From a virus: 64,000 nucleotides of DNA. Shown in pieces: positions 47,084-57,385 of the stretch; the stretch's first letter is position 1, and every line of letters starts with the position of its first letter. The notes under the pieces are model-generated. The model saw nothing but the letters and a program-made list of their open reading frames with translations, did no database searches and was not told the origin of the DNA. Position numbers and translations under genes: made by a program. The stretch covers positions 2,984 to 66,983 of IMG/VR virus record IMGVR_UViG_3300021197_001949, one strand, 5' to 3'.

Positions 47084-48440
47084 TTACAAGTCAGACGCAC
47101 TGAAGGCCAAGGAAAAATTGAAAACAGTGTCTCCCACGATGTGCCTGGCCAAGTGGAACCAGACGTCACTGCACCTGCCAACAGGACTGACCAACAGTTG
47201 CTACCATCCACCACTGCACAGCATAGATGAGGGCATGCTGAAAGGCAATCCCGCCGCACTGCACAACACACACGAGAAACTGCAGGAACGTGCCATGATG
47301 TTAGACGGTGACAAGCCTCAAGGTTGTAGTTACTGCTGGAACATAGAGAAGACAGGAGAAATGTCAGACAGGCACTATCGTTCGGGTGAGCCATGGGCCA
47401 TGCAGGATTTCGAGGACATCAGGAACAATCCCATAGATGACAAGTGGTCGCCGAGATACGTGGAAGTGAACTTCAACAACGCCTGCAACTTCAAGTGCAG
47501 TTATTGTAGTCCACAGTTCTCGACCACGTGGGGCAAAGAGATCGACAGGTACGGAGAGTACCCCACTTCGCCACCACACAACGCACCAGAGCACTTCCAG
47601 GGGCGTAGACGTCCCATACCCAACAGGGAGGAGAACCCATACGTGACCGCTTTCTGGCGATGGTGGCCCACGCTGTACAAGAATCTGAAACACTTCCGTA
47701 TGACCGGCGGTGAACCCATGATGGATGTGAACACATACAAGGTGTTCCAGTACATAATTGACAATCCCAAACAGGACCTGCACCTAAACGTTACCAGCAA
47801 CATGTGTCCGCCCGACAAGAAACTCAAAGAGAAGTACTTCAACATGGCACAGACGATATGTATGCAGGAGAAGGTGGAACACATGATGCAGTTTGTGAGC
47901 GTGGATGCGTTCGGCAAACGTGCGGAGTACATACGTGACGGGCTGGACTTCAATCGCATGATGGACAACGTGGAGGAGTTCTTGGAGAGGATACCCGGAC
48001 GTAACAGCATAACCTTCATATGCACCTACAACAACCTCAGCATAACCAGTATGGACAGACTGTTGGAGAAGATATTGGAACTGCGTAAAAGGTACTCCAA
48101 GACGTATCAGAGGATTTGGTTCGACGTGCCACTGCTGAGGCAACCCGCATGGCAACAGATCACACTGCTACCGGAGTCATACCAGAGCATACATGAGGCG
48201 AACATAGAATACATGAAGGCCAATTCCGGTGAGGCTAACGGACTACACATATTCAAGGACTTCGAGATTCAGAAGATGCAACGCAATCTAGCATACTGGC
48301 GCGAAAACGCGGACGCAAGTACGCAAAACAAAAAAAACTTTTACGCTTTCTTCAACGAGCACGATCGCAGACGTCTCACAAGGTTCTTGAACACCTTCCC
48401 TGAGATGGAAGAGTTTTGGGAGGTATGCAGGACAGCATAA
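47070..48440 (+). CDS. radical SAM protein with N-terminal Twitch/SPASM-like domain (1 of 5)
   Basis: CLAKW...SCYH, CSYCW, CNFKCSYC and TGGEP; GTG start at 47070 behind AAGGGGG. Confidence 0.88.
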   Translation: MSTSNYKSDALKAKEKLKTVSPTMCLAKWNQTSLHLPTGLTNSCYHPPLHSIDEGMLKGNPAALHNTHEKLQERAMMLDGDKPQGCSYCWNIEKTGEMSDRHYRSGEPWAMQDFEDIRNNPIDDKWSPRYVEVNFNNACNFKCSYCSPQFSTTWGKEIDRYGEYPTSPPHNAPEHFQGRRRPIPNREENPYVTAFWRWWPTLYKNLKHFRMTGGEPMMDVNTYKVFQYIIDNPKQDLHLNVTSNMCPPDKKLKEKYFNMAQTICMQEKVEHMMQFVSVDAFGKRAEYIRDGLDFNRMMDNVEEFLERIPGRNSITFICTYNNLSITSMDRLLEKILELRKRYSKTYQRIWFDVPLLRQPAWQQITLLPESYQSIHEANIEYMKANSGEANGLHIFKDFEIQKMQRNLAYWRENADASTQNKKNFYAFFNEHDRRRLTRFLNTFPEMEEFWEVCRTA

Positions 48441-48442
48441 TT

Positions 48443-49786
48443 ATGGAAGATTTAGAATACAAAAAACAGATACTAGATACGAAAAGTGCAAGTTTTTGTG
48501 GAGCCAAGTGGTATAATGCCACTATATGGTTGGGCAGTGGTATGACCACAAGTTGTCATCACCCACTTCCACACAAGATTGATCTAGAAGCAATCAAAAC
48601 TAATCCTAGTGCAATACACAACACAGCACAAAAGAAACTGGAACGTAAACAGATGCAGTGCGGAGACAGACCAAAAGGCTGTGAATACTGTTGGAAGATA
48701 GAGGATATCAAAAGAGATAATATCAGCGACAGGGTCTACAAATCAAAAATATTTACAAACGAAGCATTGGACTACGCACACAAAACTGATGCCAACACAG
48801 ATGTAAATCTTAAAACACTAGAAATAGCATTTGATAGGACCTGTAACTTTGCCTGTACATACTGTAATCCTGCATTTAGTTCAACGTGGGCAAACAATAT
48901 CAAGAGGCAAGGACCATACACAGACATGAAAACAGATGGACGTAATCACTTCACCCATAGTCATGAAAGTGCAGAGCCATATAAGAAGGACGAAACGAAT
49001 CCCTACGTGGAAGCGTTCTACAAATGGTGGGAAACAGATCTACACAAAAGTTTAGATGAATTAAGGATCACAGGCGGAGAGCCAATGATGTCGCCTAACC
49101 TGTGGAGACTGTTGGATTGGATAGAAACACAAGGCGATAAAATGAATCCTAACATGACACTTGCCGTAAATTCTAACCTGGGTGCAAAGCAAAGCATCAT
49201 TGACAGATTTAAAACAAAATTAAAGAAGTTTGAAAACTTTGAACTGTATACCAGTTGTGAAGCAACATTTGGACAAGCAGAATACATCAGAGATGGGTTG
49301 GTATACGGAGATTGGCATAGTAATTTCTTGCATATGATGTTGGACAAAGTTCCACGTGCGATCCATAACATGTGTACCATAAATGCACTGTGTTTGGAGT
49401 CTCTTCCTAACCTGTTGGAAAAAATGGTATGGTTTAAGAGTGCGAGCAAGGTGTACGGACCGGAGGTCAATTTCACATTGAATATATTGAGGTTTCCTAG
49501 TTTCCAATCACCACTTGTTCTACCGGACGACCTGAGAAATAAATTTAAAGGGGACTTGGTAAAGTTTTTAAATAGCAATGAACAGCATCTAGAACACATG
49601 GAAATTAATCAAACTCAAAGGCTTATTGACTATCTGGATGTTGTGAAGACCCCACACGCAGGGGCGGCCGAACAGAGTAAACTACAAAAAGACTTTAAAG
49701 CATTTTACAGTCAATACGACAAACGATCAGGAAAGGACTTCGAGAAGACTTTTCCAATAATAGGAGAATGGTACTGTGGCATATGA
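48443..49786 (+). CDS. radical SAM protein with N-terminal Twitch-like domain (2 of 5)
   Basis: CGAKW...SCHH, CEYCW, CNFACTYC and TGGEP. Confidence 0.88.
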   Translation: MEDLEYKKQILDTKSASFCGAKWYNATIWLGSGMTTSCHHPLPHKIDLEAIKTNPSAIHNTAQKKLERKQMQCGDRPKGCEYCWKIEDIKRDNISDRVYKSKIFTNEALDYAHKTDANTDVNLKTLEIAFDRTCNFACTYCNPAFSSTWANNIKRQGPYTDMKTDGRNHFTHSHESAEPYKKDETNPYVEAFYKWWETDLHKSLDELRITGGEPMMSPNLWRLLDWIETQGDKMNPNMTLAVNSNLGAKQSIIDRFKTKLKKFENFELYTSCEATFGQAEYIRDGLVYGDWHSNFLHMMLDKVPRAIHNMCTINALCLESLPNLLEKMVWFKSASKVYGPEVNFTLNILRFPSFQSPLVLPDDLRNKFKGDLVKFLNSNEQHLEHMEINQTQRLIDYLDVVKTPHAGAAEQSKLQKDFKAFYSQYDKRSGKDFEKTFPIIGEWYCGI

Positions 49787-51074
49787 GTACGGGGCCAAAG
49801 AGCCCGAGAAACTAAAAATTAAAGATATGACTCCTAGAGAAAAAGAGTTGTTGATAGAGAGTGATACATTTTGTATGCTTCCATGGATGCATTTACATGC
49901 CTATCCGGATGGCAGGGCATACCCTTGTTGTTTTTCGTTTGATGCCTATCCTGTTGGCAATCTAAACAAACATAGTCTGAAGGAAGTGTTTAACGGAGAT
50001 AAGATGAAAGAAATGCGAGTCAGGATGTTGAATAACCAGAAATCACGTGAATGTATGAAATGTTATGATCAAGAGAAATCGGGCTTTTTCTCATTACGTC
50101 TGAGTTCCAATAAACATTTTGGTCACAATATTCCTCTGGTACACAACACACTACCAAACGGTGAAGCGGACTTCGTGATGAAGTACTGGGACATACGTTT
50201 CTCAAACTTGTGTAACATGGCTTGCAGGAGTTGTGGTACGTGGTTTAGTTCGAATTGGTACGAAGATCATAAAAAACTTACAGGCAGTCCACCACCACAT
50301 GCAAAAGTAATGAAAGTGGGAAGAAGCACCAATGACATGTGGGAACAGATGCTGGAGTCATTCGAACACGCAGAACAGTTCTACTTTGCAGGTGGTGAGC
50401 CAATCATAATGGAGGAGCATTATAGGATATTGAAAGAATTAGACAAACGTAAAATGTATCACGTGAGATTAATCTACAACACAAACTTTAGTAGAACAAC
50501 GTTTAAGGATATCGATGTATTTGAATTATGGAACAAGTTTGACTCGGTATCGATCGGGGCCAGCCTAGATGCGGAAGGATCAAGAGCGGAACTTATGCGT
50601 AAAGGAACTGTATGGCAAGAAACAGTGGCAAACAGGAAACGTATGATGGAAGTTTGTCCACAGGTGGATTTTTACATATCATCAACTGTGGGACTGGTTA
50701 ACAGTTTGCATGTGACTGATTTTCATAAGAGTTGGGTAGATCAAGGGTTGATCAAACCTGCAGACTTCAACTTCAATCTTTTGCAACACCCGATATGGCA
50801 GAGGATGGACATATTACCACCAGAATACAAACAGCAAGTCAAAGAAAAATACGAGTCACACATAGAATGGTTGAAGGACAAGGATCCATTGACAAGAGCA
50901 ACCAAAGGATACGAATCAGCAATCAAATGGATGCTAAAAGAAGACAATCAAAAACACCTAGAGCTCCATATTGATCAAACAAAGAAATATGACAAAATGA
51001 GGAATGAGAACACATTAGACGTGTTCCCAGAATGGAAAGAACTGTTTGACAAGTATGACAAGAATAAAACCTAA
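49776..51074 (+). CDS. radical SAM protein with N-terminal Twitch-like domain (3 of 5)
   Basis: CMLPW...PCC, CMKC, CNMACRSC and AGGEP. Confidence 0.88.
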   Translation: MAYEYGAKEPEKLKIKDMTPREKELLIESDTFCMLPWMHLHAYPDGRAYPCCFSFDAYPVGNLNKHSLKEVFNGDKMKEMRVRMLNNQKSRECMKCYDQEKSGFFSLRLSSNKHFGHNIPLVHNTLPNGEADFVMKYWDIRFSNLCNMACRSCGTWFSSNWYEDHKKLTGSPPPHAKVMKVGRSTNDMWEQMLESFEHAEQFYFAGGEPIIMEEHYRILKELDKRKMYHVRLIYNTNFSRTTFKDIDVFELWNKFDSVSIGASLDAEGSRAELMRKGTVWQETVANRKRMMEVCPQVDFYISSTVGLVNSLHVTDFHKSWVDQGLIKPADFNFNLLQHPIWQRMDILPPEYKQQVKEKYESHIEWLKDKDPLTRATKGYESAIKWMLKEDNQKHLELHIDQTKKYDKMRNENTLDVFPEWKELFDKYDKNKT

Positions 51075-52338
51075 AGACGGCAACAAGACATTCTGCATGG
51101 CGCCATGGACGCACACGTATCTGTCACCCCAGACTGAGAGACGTATGTGTTGTGCATCGAGGGAGCCTGCACAGAGTTTCAAGCAGTACATAGACACAGG
51201 CAATGACGCCAAGGAATACAAGCCTCTAACACTGAAAGAACACTGGAATTCAGATCACATGCGATCTGTGAGACTGCGTATGATGGCGGGGGAAGAACTG
51301 TCAGAGTGTGAAGTGTGCGACCACAAACTGTTGAACACAGACGTATACAGGTCATACTGGAATCAGTTGTTCAAGGACAGGGTAGACGAAGCATTTGAAA
51401 GCACGGACGAGACGGGTGCGACCACAATGCAAACGATCAGTTTTGATTATAGGTTCAACAACCTATGCAACTTCAAATGTAGGATGTGTGGTGACATGTT
51501 GAGCAGTAGTTGGGAAGCAGAATCTAGGAAAAATAAAACTTGGACCAAGGAATCACAACCATGGATGGCATCACCTTTAAGGGAACAAATAATAAAATTC
51601 CAAGACACGCAGGTTGTACAGGAGTTCGTCGAAGCAGTTGAAACAAAAAGAATAAAAGAAATATATTGGTGCGGTGGAGAACCGTTAATGTGGGAGATGC
51701 ATTGGAAAGCCATGCAACGAATAATAGAACTAGGATTCGCAAAAGAAGTTTATGTGAGATACAACACCAATCTAAGCAGGACGTCATTCAAAGGCACAAA
51801 GTTATTTGACTTGTTACCGCAGTTCCAAGACTGGCAAATATGTTCATCACTGGACGGAACAGGAGAAGTTGGTGAATATATCAGAGACGGACTGAACTAT
51901 GAGCAGTGGTTACGTAATTTCAAAGAAGGATTAGCAGTGGCAAAAACGGCCAGGGAGATGAGATTAGATTACACAATTACAATGCCTGGTTTGCTAGAAC
52001 TTAAAAATATGTTTGATTTAAGCAGAGAGCTGGACACAGAGATATTGACAAAAGTCATGTTCACTTTTAGCAATGATGAGGTTCTAAGTCCATTAGCACT
52101 GCCTAAACAACTGCTACACACACTCATTGACGAAGCACTGGCATACATGGAACCTCTTGCCTCTAGAAAACAACGCTCATTGATAGACGTAATAAAAAAT
52201 TTAAAAAATAGAGAAACCTTTACACCAACTAAAAAAGGAAAACAGAGACAAGAAAGCATTGACAAGATCAGAAGACAGGATATAGCCAAAATATTAAGCA
52301 GAGATGAAAGGGTGTTGGACTGGTGGACAAGTATATAG
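51055..52338 (+). CDS. radical SAM protein with N-terminal Twitch-like domain (4 of 5)
   Basis: CMAPW...MCC, CEVC, CNFKCRMC and CGGEP. Confidence 0.88.
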   Translation: MTRIKPKDGNKTFCMAPWTHTYLSPQTERRMCCASREPAQSFKQYIDTGNDAKEYKPLTLKEHWNSDHMRSVRLRMMAGEELSECEVCDHKLLNTDVYRSYWNQLFKDRVDEAFESTDETGATTMQTISFDYRFNNLCNFKCRMCGDMLSSSWEAESRKNKTWTKESQPWMASPLREQIIKFQDTQVVQEFVEAVETKRIKEIYWCGGEPLMWEMHWKAMQRIIELGFAKEVYVRYNTNLSRTSFKGTKLFDLLPQFQDWQICSSLDGTGEVGEYIRDGLNYEQWLRNFKEGLAVAKTAREMRLDYTITMPGLLELKNMFDLSRELDTEILTKVMFTFSNDEVLSPLALPKQLLHTLIDEALAYMEPLASRKQRSLIDVIKNLKNRETFTPTKKGKQRQESIDKIRRQDIAKILSRDERVLDWWTSI

Positions 52339-53501
52339 ATTCAAACATATGTCCATTGCCGTGGAACCATTTAGAGGTTGATGTAAATGGCGGTGCATCT
52401 CCTTGCTGTTTGTACAAGGGCAGTATTCCTGGAGTAAAAGTGTACGAACAAAGTCTAAAGTCTATACAATATACAGAATACATGGACAATCTTAGAGCAC
52501 AGTTTAGAAAAGGTGAACGTCCTAAAGGTTGTCAGAGTTGTTGGCAAGAAGAAGATGCCGGCAAAACTTCTAAAAGGCAAAACTCCATATACAAGATGCG
52601 TAGCAGTCTAGAAAAATGGACACCTAATAGCGAGCCAACGTTGAAGTTTATTGACTTTAAGTTAGGCAACGTGTGTAATTTAAAATGTAGGATATGTGGA
52701 TCGTGGAGTTCTAGCAAATGGGCACAGGAAGAAATAGATTATGAGACAGCCAAGGGTGGAGACAATCCTGTCGCTAGAAAACAACTGAAGGAGGGCGGCT
52801 GGCCAAAACGTAACCCACAATTTTTTGAGGAGTTACAAGAGGATCTAAAACACGTGGAGTACTTTGAGTTCACCGGCGGCGAGCCGTTCATGATTAAGGA
52901 CCACTTCAAGATCTTGATGCATTGTGTGGAGAAGGGATATGCAAAGAACATAGACATACACTACAACACCAACGGCACACAGTTGCCTCCGCAGGATATA
53001 TTTGACCTGTGGAGTTATTTCAAACATGTAGAAGTGGCGTTCAGCATCGATGACGTCGGAGAACCTTTTGAGTATCAGAGGCATCCAGCCAAATGGAGAG
53101 AGGTGAGTCAGAATCTCGTCAAGTTTAAGGAAATGAAAACACACAACATGGATTTCCAGATATGTTCTACGGTTTCTATTTTTAACGTTTTTAACTGGGC
53201 CAAGATAGCATTATGGGTGGCACAATTCCAGCCGAAGTTCTTCTACGTCAACACCTGTTTTGATCCGGACGTGTTCAACATACAGACACTGCCACGACAG
53301 GTAAAAGACATAGTAGTGGACAGATACCACATGCTCACAGACTATCAGCCCAGCATACGATTCATGAATGCGGCCGACAGGGATACTCCTGAGATACGGG
53401 CAGAAAGAAAAAGAAGGATACTACAGACGGACCGGTATCGGAAGGAAAATTTTGGAGAGGTGTTCCCACTTTTAAATAACATATTGAGGATATATGAGTA
53501 A
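52323..53501 (+). CDS. radical SAM protein with N-terminal Twitch-like domain (5 of 5)
   Basis: CPLPW...PCC, CQSCW, CNLKCRIC and TGGEP. Confidence 0.88.
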   Translation: MDKYIDSNICPLPWNHLEVDVNGGASPCCLYKGSIPGVKVYEQSLKSIQYTEYMDNLRAQFRKGERPKGCQSCWQEEDAGKTSKRQNSIYKMRSSLEKWTPNSEPTLKFIDFKLGNVCNLKCRICGSWSSSKWAQEEIDYETAKGGDNPVARKQLKEGGWPKRNPQFFEELQEDLKHVEYFEFTGGEPFMIKDHFKILMHCVEKGYAKNIDIHYNTNGTQLPPQDIFDLWSYFKHVEVAFSIDDVGEPFEYQRHPAKWREVSQNLVKFKEMKTHNMDFQICSTVSIFNVFNWAKIALWVAQFQPKFFYVNTCFDPDVFNIQTLPRQVKDIVVDRYHMLTDYQPSIRFMNAADRDTPEIRAERKRRILQTDRYRKENFGEVFPLLNNILRIYE

Positions 53502-54297
53502 ATTTATAGCAGGCGGATGCAGTTTCACGTTGGGCAATGAACTCAGTGATGACAAGGATGGAAAGACACCATCCAAAAAATCTTGGGCCCATGGCTTATT
53601 CAAAACCTGTAGGGACGACGACAACACAACGTATCTGTGCTCTGCTTTCGGTGGTCTAGGAAATTCTGCGATAGCCAGGAGGACCTTCAATGCTATAAGC
53701 CAGAGTGAACGTGTGGACTGTGTGGTCGTGATGTGGAGTTTCCTGTCCAGGTATGACTGGGCCATGCCCAGGCACAAATCTTTAGAAAACACTAGGTGGA
53801 CATCTATTTCTCCCTGGGACACGAACGCAGGCAATGAAGAAGCACTAATAACATTGGCAGGATCAGAGACACAGCAGGAGCAATGGAGAACCAGGAGGGA
53901 CACATTCGCGGAGTCGGGAGTGAAACCGTTCGCGGAAGCAATCTACAAACATGCGGCCAACCAGTACCACGAGACATACCTCAGTTGGAAGAGCATAATC
54001 TGGTTGCAGAACATCCTGGAGAAGAAGAAAATACCATACATGTTTACCCTGGCGGACAATACCTTGTTCTATAACGAATTTAAGCAACACAAGGATCAAG
54101 ATACTTTTATGACTGCTCTGCATGACGAGATCAATTTTAATAATTGGTATTTCTTTGGAGAAAGGAAAATGGGGTTCAACCAATGGGCAATGCTGGAAGA
54201 TTATCCACGTGGTACAACACACCCACTTGACGAGGCACACCGAGATGCTGTAAAATTAATGCTACCAACGTTTAAAAAACTAATAGGAGAGAAATAA
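53494..54297 (+). CDS. SGNH-hydrolase-like protein
   Basis: GGCSFTLG, GLGNSAIARR and THPLDEAH. Confidence 0.65.
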   Translation: MSKFIAGGCSFTLGNELSDDKDGKTPSKKSWAHGLFKTCRDDDNTTYLCSAFGGLGNSAIARRTFNAISQSERVDCVVVMWSFLSRYDWAMPRHKSLENTRWTSISPWDTNAGNEEALITLAGSETQQEQWRTRRDTFAESGVKPFAEAIYKHAANQYHETYLSWKSIIWLQNILEKKKIPYMFTLADNTLFYNEFKQHKDQDTFMTALHDEINFNNWYFFGERKMGFNQWAMLEDYPRGTTHPLDEAHRDAVKLMLPTFKKLIGEK

Positions 54298-54401
54298 TGT
54301 TCACTTGGATTAAGAACCTGATCAACAAGATCAAACAAGAGATCAAGTACAGGAAGAGATTGAAAGAACTCAAAAAGAAAGATCCATTCATATACAAATA
54401 G
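54297..54401 (+). CDS. small basic peptide, 34 aa
   Basis: Manual translation MFTWIKNLINKIKQEIKYRKRLKELKKKDPFIYK; AGGAG SD and TAATG overlap. Confidence 0.65.
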   Translation: MFTWIKNLINKIKQEIKYRKRLKELKKKDPFIYK

Positions 54402-54402
54402 G

Positions 54403-54960
54403 ATGGTGCTCACAAAAATTAAGAAAGCGTTGGAAAAAACGCCAAAGTTCGAACTGATCGAACTGCCTTACATAGATGTCACGGAAGATCCTGTGAGACC
54501 AGAATTGAGTCTGGAATTCAGACAGGCATACGGTAGAAAGATATACGGCATCAAGGACGTGGAGGGCGACATAGCGGCCGTGATGTGTTTCGCATTCACA
54601 CATGGTATTCCCAAAAGTGTAGAGGAGATGGACACCATGAGCCGGGACGCCGCTATGCAGGCCATACACAGGGCAGGACAACAAGGTTCGGTAGCAATAG
54701 CCTACACGGTGTGGGCCAAGAAGAAAGGCGGTGGCAAGCACATAGTCAATGAAGTATACAAGATGATCAAACAAAGCAATCACCTTAATAGACTGATTAC
54801 ATTGAGTCCATTAACGGACATGGCCAGGAAGTTCCATCTCAAGAATGGAGCCAAGGAAGTGCAGGTTAACCTCACAACACAGAATTTCGAGTATGACGTA
54901 GAGTTGAATGATTGGGAGAAGTTCAGGGACAGGGCGAAAGGGTGGTTTAACATCAAATGA
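54403..54960 (+). CDS. hypothetical protein, possible GNAT/malonyl-CoA-decarboxylase-like fold
   Basis: AIAYTVWAKKKGGGKHIV...LITLSPLT...FHLKNGA pattern. Confidence 0.5.
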   Translation: MVLTKIKKALEKTPKFELIELPYIDVTEDPVRPELSLEFRQAYGRKIYGIKDVEGDIAAVMCFAFTHGIPKSVEEMDTMSRDAAMQAIHRAGQQGSVAIAYTVWAKKKGGGKHIVNEVYKMIKQSNHLNRLITLSPLTDMARKFHLKNGAKEVQVNLTTQNFEYDVELNDWEKFRDRAKGWFNIK

Positions 54961-56429
54961 AGATACTAGGAATAAATTGCATGAATCACGATGCCGCAAT
55001 GGCAGTTGTCGACTACAGCTCAGGAATGGGTGAGATACTATGGGCGGCACACAGTGAACGATATTCAAAGGTAAAGAATGATCACTACCTGAATCAGAAG
55101 ATAGTGGACGAGGCCAACACGTTTGGTCCTTTCGACAAAGTGGTGTACTACGAGAAACCCTTGCTTAAGAAAACGAGACAGTTCTACGCAGGACAGTATG
55201 GTTTGGCCATGAGTTACACAGAGATGCCACAATGGCATTTGGATCACTTTGGCATAAAGATAGATGAATACGTCAAACACCACGACTCACACGCCGCGGC
55301 AGGATACTTCACGTCACCGTTCAAGGACACAGGAGCAACTATACTCACAGTGGACGCCATAGGTGAGTGGGATACTGTTTCCATATCAACAGCGGATAAG
55401 AATCACATAGAAAGAAAAGAAACAATCAAATATCCACACAGCATAGGTATATTGTATTCAGCATTCACACATCGTTGTGGACTCAAGCCTGCGGAAGAGG
55501 AATACATCCTGATGGGAATGGCCGCTTATGGCACGCCAAAGTACAAACAGAAGATATATGATGACTTCGTGGAACAGTCTCCTTTCAAACTTAAACAGAA
55601 TTTACACAGGGGACTGAGCGGTTGGGAACCAAACGCAGACGTGATGGACATAGCGGCCAGCATACAGGCAGTCACAGAAGAATGCCTCGCAGATCTATGG
55701 ACGAGAGCATCCAAGTATGGCAGTAGGAACTTGGTGTATGCAGGCGGGGTGGCACTCAATTGTGCCGCAAATAGAGTATTGGCAAACATGGGACTGTTCG
55801 ATAACATATGGATTATTCCAAATCCAGGAGATGCAGGGTCAAGCCTAGGATGTATTGCCGCACACGAAAAGAGACATCTTAATTGGCAACACCCATTCCT
55901 TGGCCACAACATAGATGGAGAGTATCCTGTAGATGCACTGATAAAAGAATTAAAGGAAAACAAGATGGTAGGAGTGGCCAGTGGCAGGGCGGAGTTTGGT
56001 CCTAGGGCACTTGGTAATAGATCACTGTTGGCAGACCCCAGGGGTGAGGACATCAAGGATCTGGTAAACTCAATCAAGAAAAGACAGAAGTTCAGACCGT
56101 TCGCTCCGGCCATATTAGAGGAGGATGTACACGAGTATTTTGACCTGCCTAAAGCAGTACAAAACACCCCTTATATGCAATTTACAGCGGCGTGTACGCA
56201 TGGTAAAGAGTTTCCTGCCATAATACATCATGATCACACAAGTAGGGTCCAAACGGTGCGTAAGACGGATAATCCAGGGTTTCATGCGTTGTTAACGGAA
56301 TGGAAACGACAGACTGGTTGCCCTATACTTTTGAACACCAGTTTGAACATAAAAGGACAACCAATAGTCAACGACAGGGAGGATGGTAAAGCGTTTACCA
56401 ACAAATACGGAGTGAAAGTACTAGGATGA
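54957..56429 (+). CDS. carbamoyltransferase (NodU/CmcH family)
   Basis: HDAAMA, HHDSHAAAGY, DAIGE, GGVALNC, EFGPRALGNRS, FRPFAP and LNTSLN. Confidence 0.93.
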   Translation: MKILGINCMNHDAAMAVVDYSSGMGEILWAAHSERYSKVKNDHYLNQKIVDEANTFGPFDKVVYYEKPLLKKTRQFYAGQYGLAMSYTEMPQWHLDHFGIKIDEYVKHHDSHAAAGYFTSPFKDTGATILTVDAIGEWDTVSISTADKNHIERKETIKYPHSIGILYSAFTHRCGLKPAEEEYILMGMAAYGTPKYKQKIYDDFVEQSPFKLKQNLHRGLSGWEPNADVMDIAASIQAVTEECLADLWTRASKYGSRNLVYAGGVALNCAANRVLANMGLFDNIWIIPNPGDAGSSLGCIAAHEKRHLNWQHPFLGHNIDGEYPVDALIKELKENKMVGVASGRAEFGPRALGNRSLLADPRGEDIKDLVNSIKKRQKFRPFAPAILEEDVHEYFDLPKAVQNTPYMQFTAACTHGKEFPAIIHHDHTSRVQTVRKTDNPGFHALLTEWKRQTGCPILLNTSLNIKGQPIVNDREDGKAFTNKYGVKVLG

Positions 56430-57385
56430 AATATCTAATAACTGGCGGACTTGGATTTATTGGATCTAAGATTATTGAAAAACTTTCCAATGACGGACAC
56501 AGTATCACGTGTGTGGACAACGAAGACACGTATGACATACTGACAAAGGTGGAGTTAAACAAACTTATTGCGTGGAGGACACGTAACTGGATACACAAGA
56601 ACATAAATGTGATAAAGGGTGACATACTAGATCGGATGGTATGTCTAAAAGCATTTACAACTCGTCCGGAGATTGTGATACATCTTGCAACGTACCCGAG
56701 GGCAAAGATAGTAGACCAAGATCCAATAAACGGAATACCCAAAGTGATCGGCACAACAACAAATTTATTGTGGCACGCCACTCAGTTTGACACAAAGAAA
56801 TTTGTGTACATCAGCAGTAGTATGGTTTATGGAGATTTTGGAGACGGAACAAGGGAAGAATCAAACACTAAACCACAAAATATATATGGCGAGGCCAAAC
56901 TCACAGGGGAGAGGTTAACGAAACTATTCGCAAAGCGTGATGGACTAAATTACACGATAGTAAGACCCAGTGGCGTGTACGGTCCTGGTGACCTACCAGA
57001 TAGGGTAGTATCTAAGTTTTTTGCCAAGGCGATGGCCAATGAACAGATCACTTTACACAACGGTGAGAACAAAGTGGACTTCACGTACAGGCAGGATGCC
57101 GCGTATGGAATAATCAAGGCGGCCAACAGTGAAGTTGCCAACACAAGTTTCAACATCACGGCGGGCAACGCTACAAGCCTAAGGACACTAGCAGAAACAA
57201 TAATTGATATCACAGGCAGTAAGTCCGAAGTGAAAGACATCGGAATGCACAAATTGTACCCAATGAGGGGAACACTAGATATCAGAAGGGCAAAGGATCT
57301 GCTCGATTACGAACCACAGTATTCATTTAGACAAGGACTTGAAAGTTACTATGACTGGATTCGACAGTATACAGGTAAGATTTAA
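56426..57385 (+). CDS. NAD-dependent sugar-nucleotide epimerase/dehydratase
   Basis: TGGLGFIG, SSSMVYG, YGEAK and RPSGVYGPG. Confidence 0.9.
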   Translation: MKYLITGGLGFIGSKIIEKLSNDGHSITCVDNEDTYDILTKVELNKLIAWRTRNWIHKNINVIKGDILDRMVCLKAFTTRPEIVIHLATYPRAKIVDQDPINGIPKVIGTTTNLLWHATQFDTKKFVYISSSMVYGDFGDGTREESNTKPQNIYGEAKLTGERLTKLFAKRDGLNYTIVRPSGVYGPGDLPDRVVSKFFAKAMANEQITLHNGENKVDFTYRQDAAYGIIKAANSEVANTSFNITAGNATSLRTLAETIIDITGSKSEVKDIGMHKLYPMRGTLDIRRAKDLLDYEPQYSFRQGLESYYDWIRQYTGKI

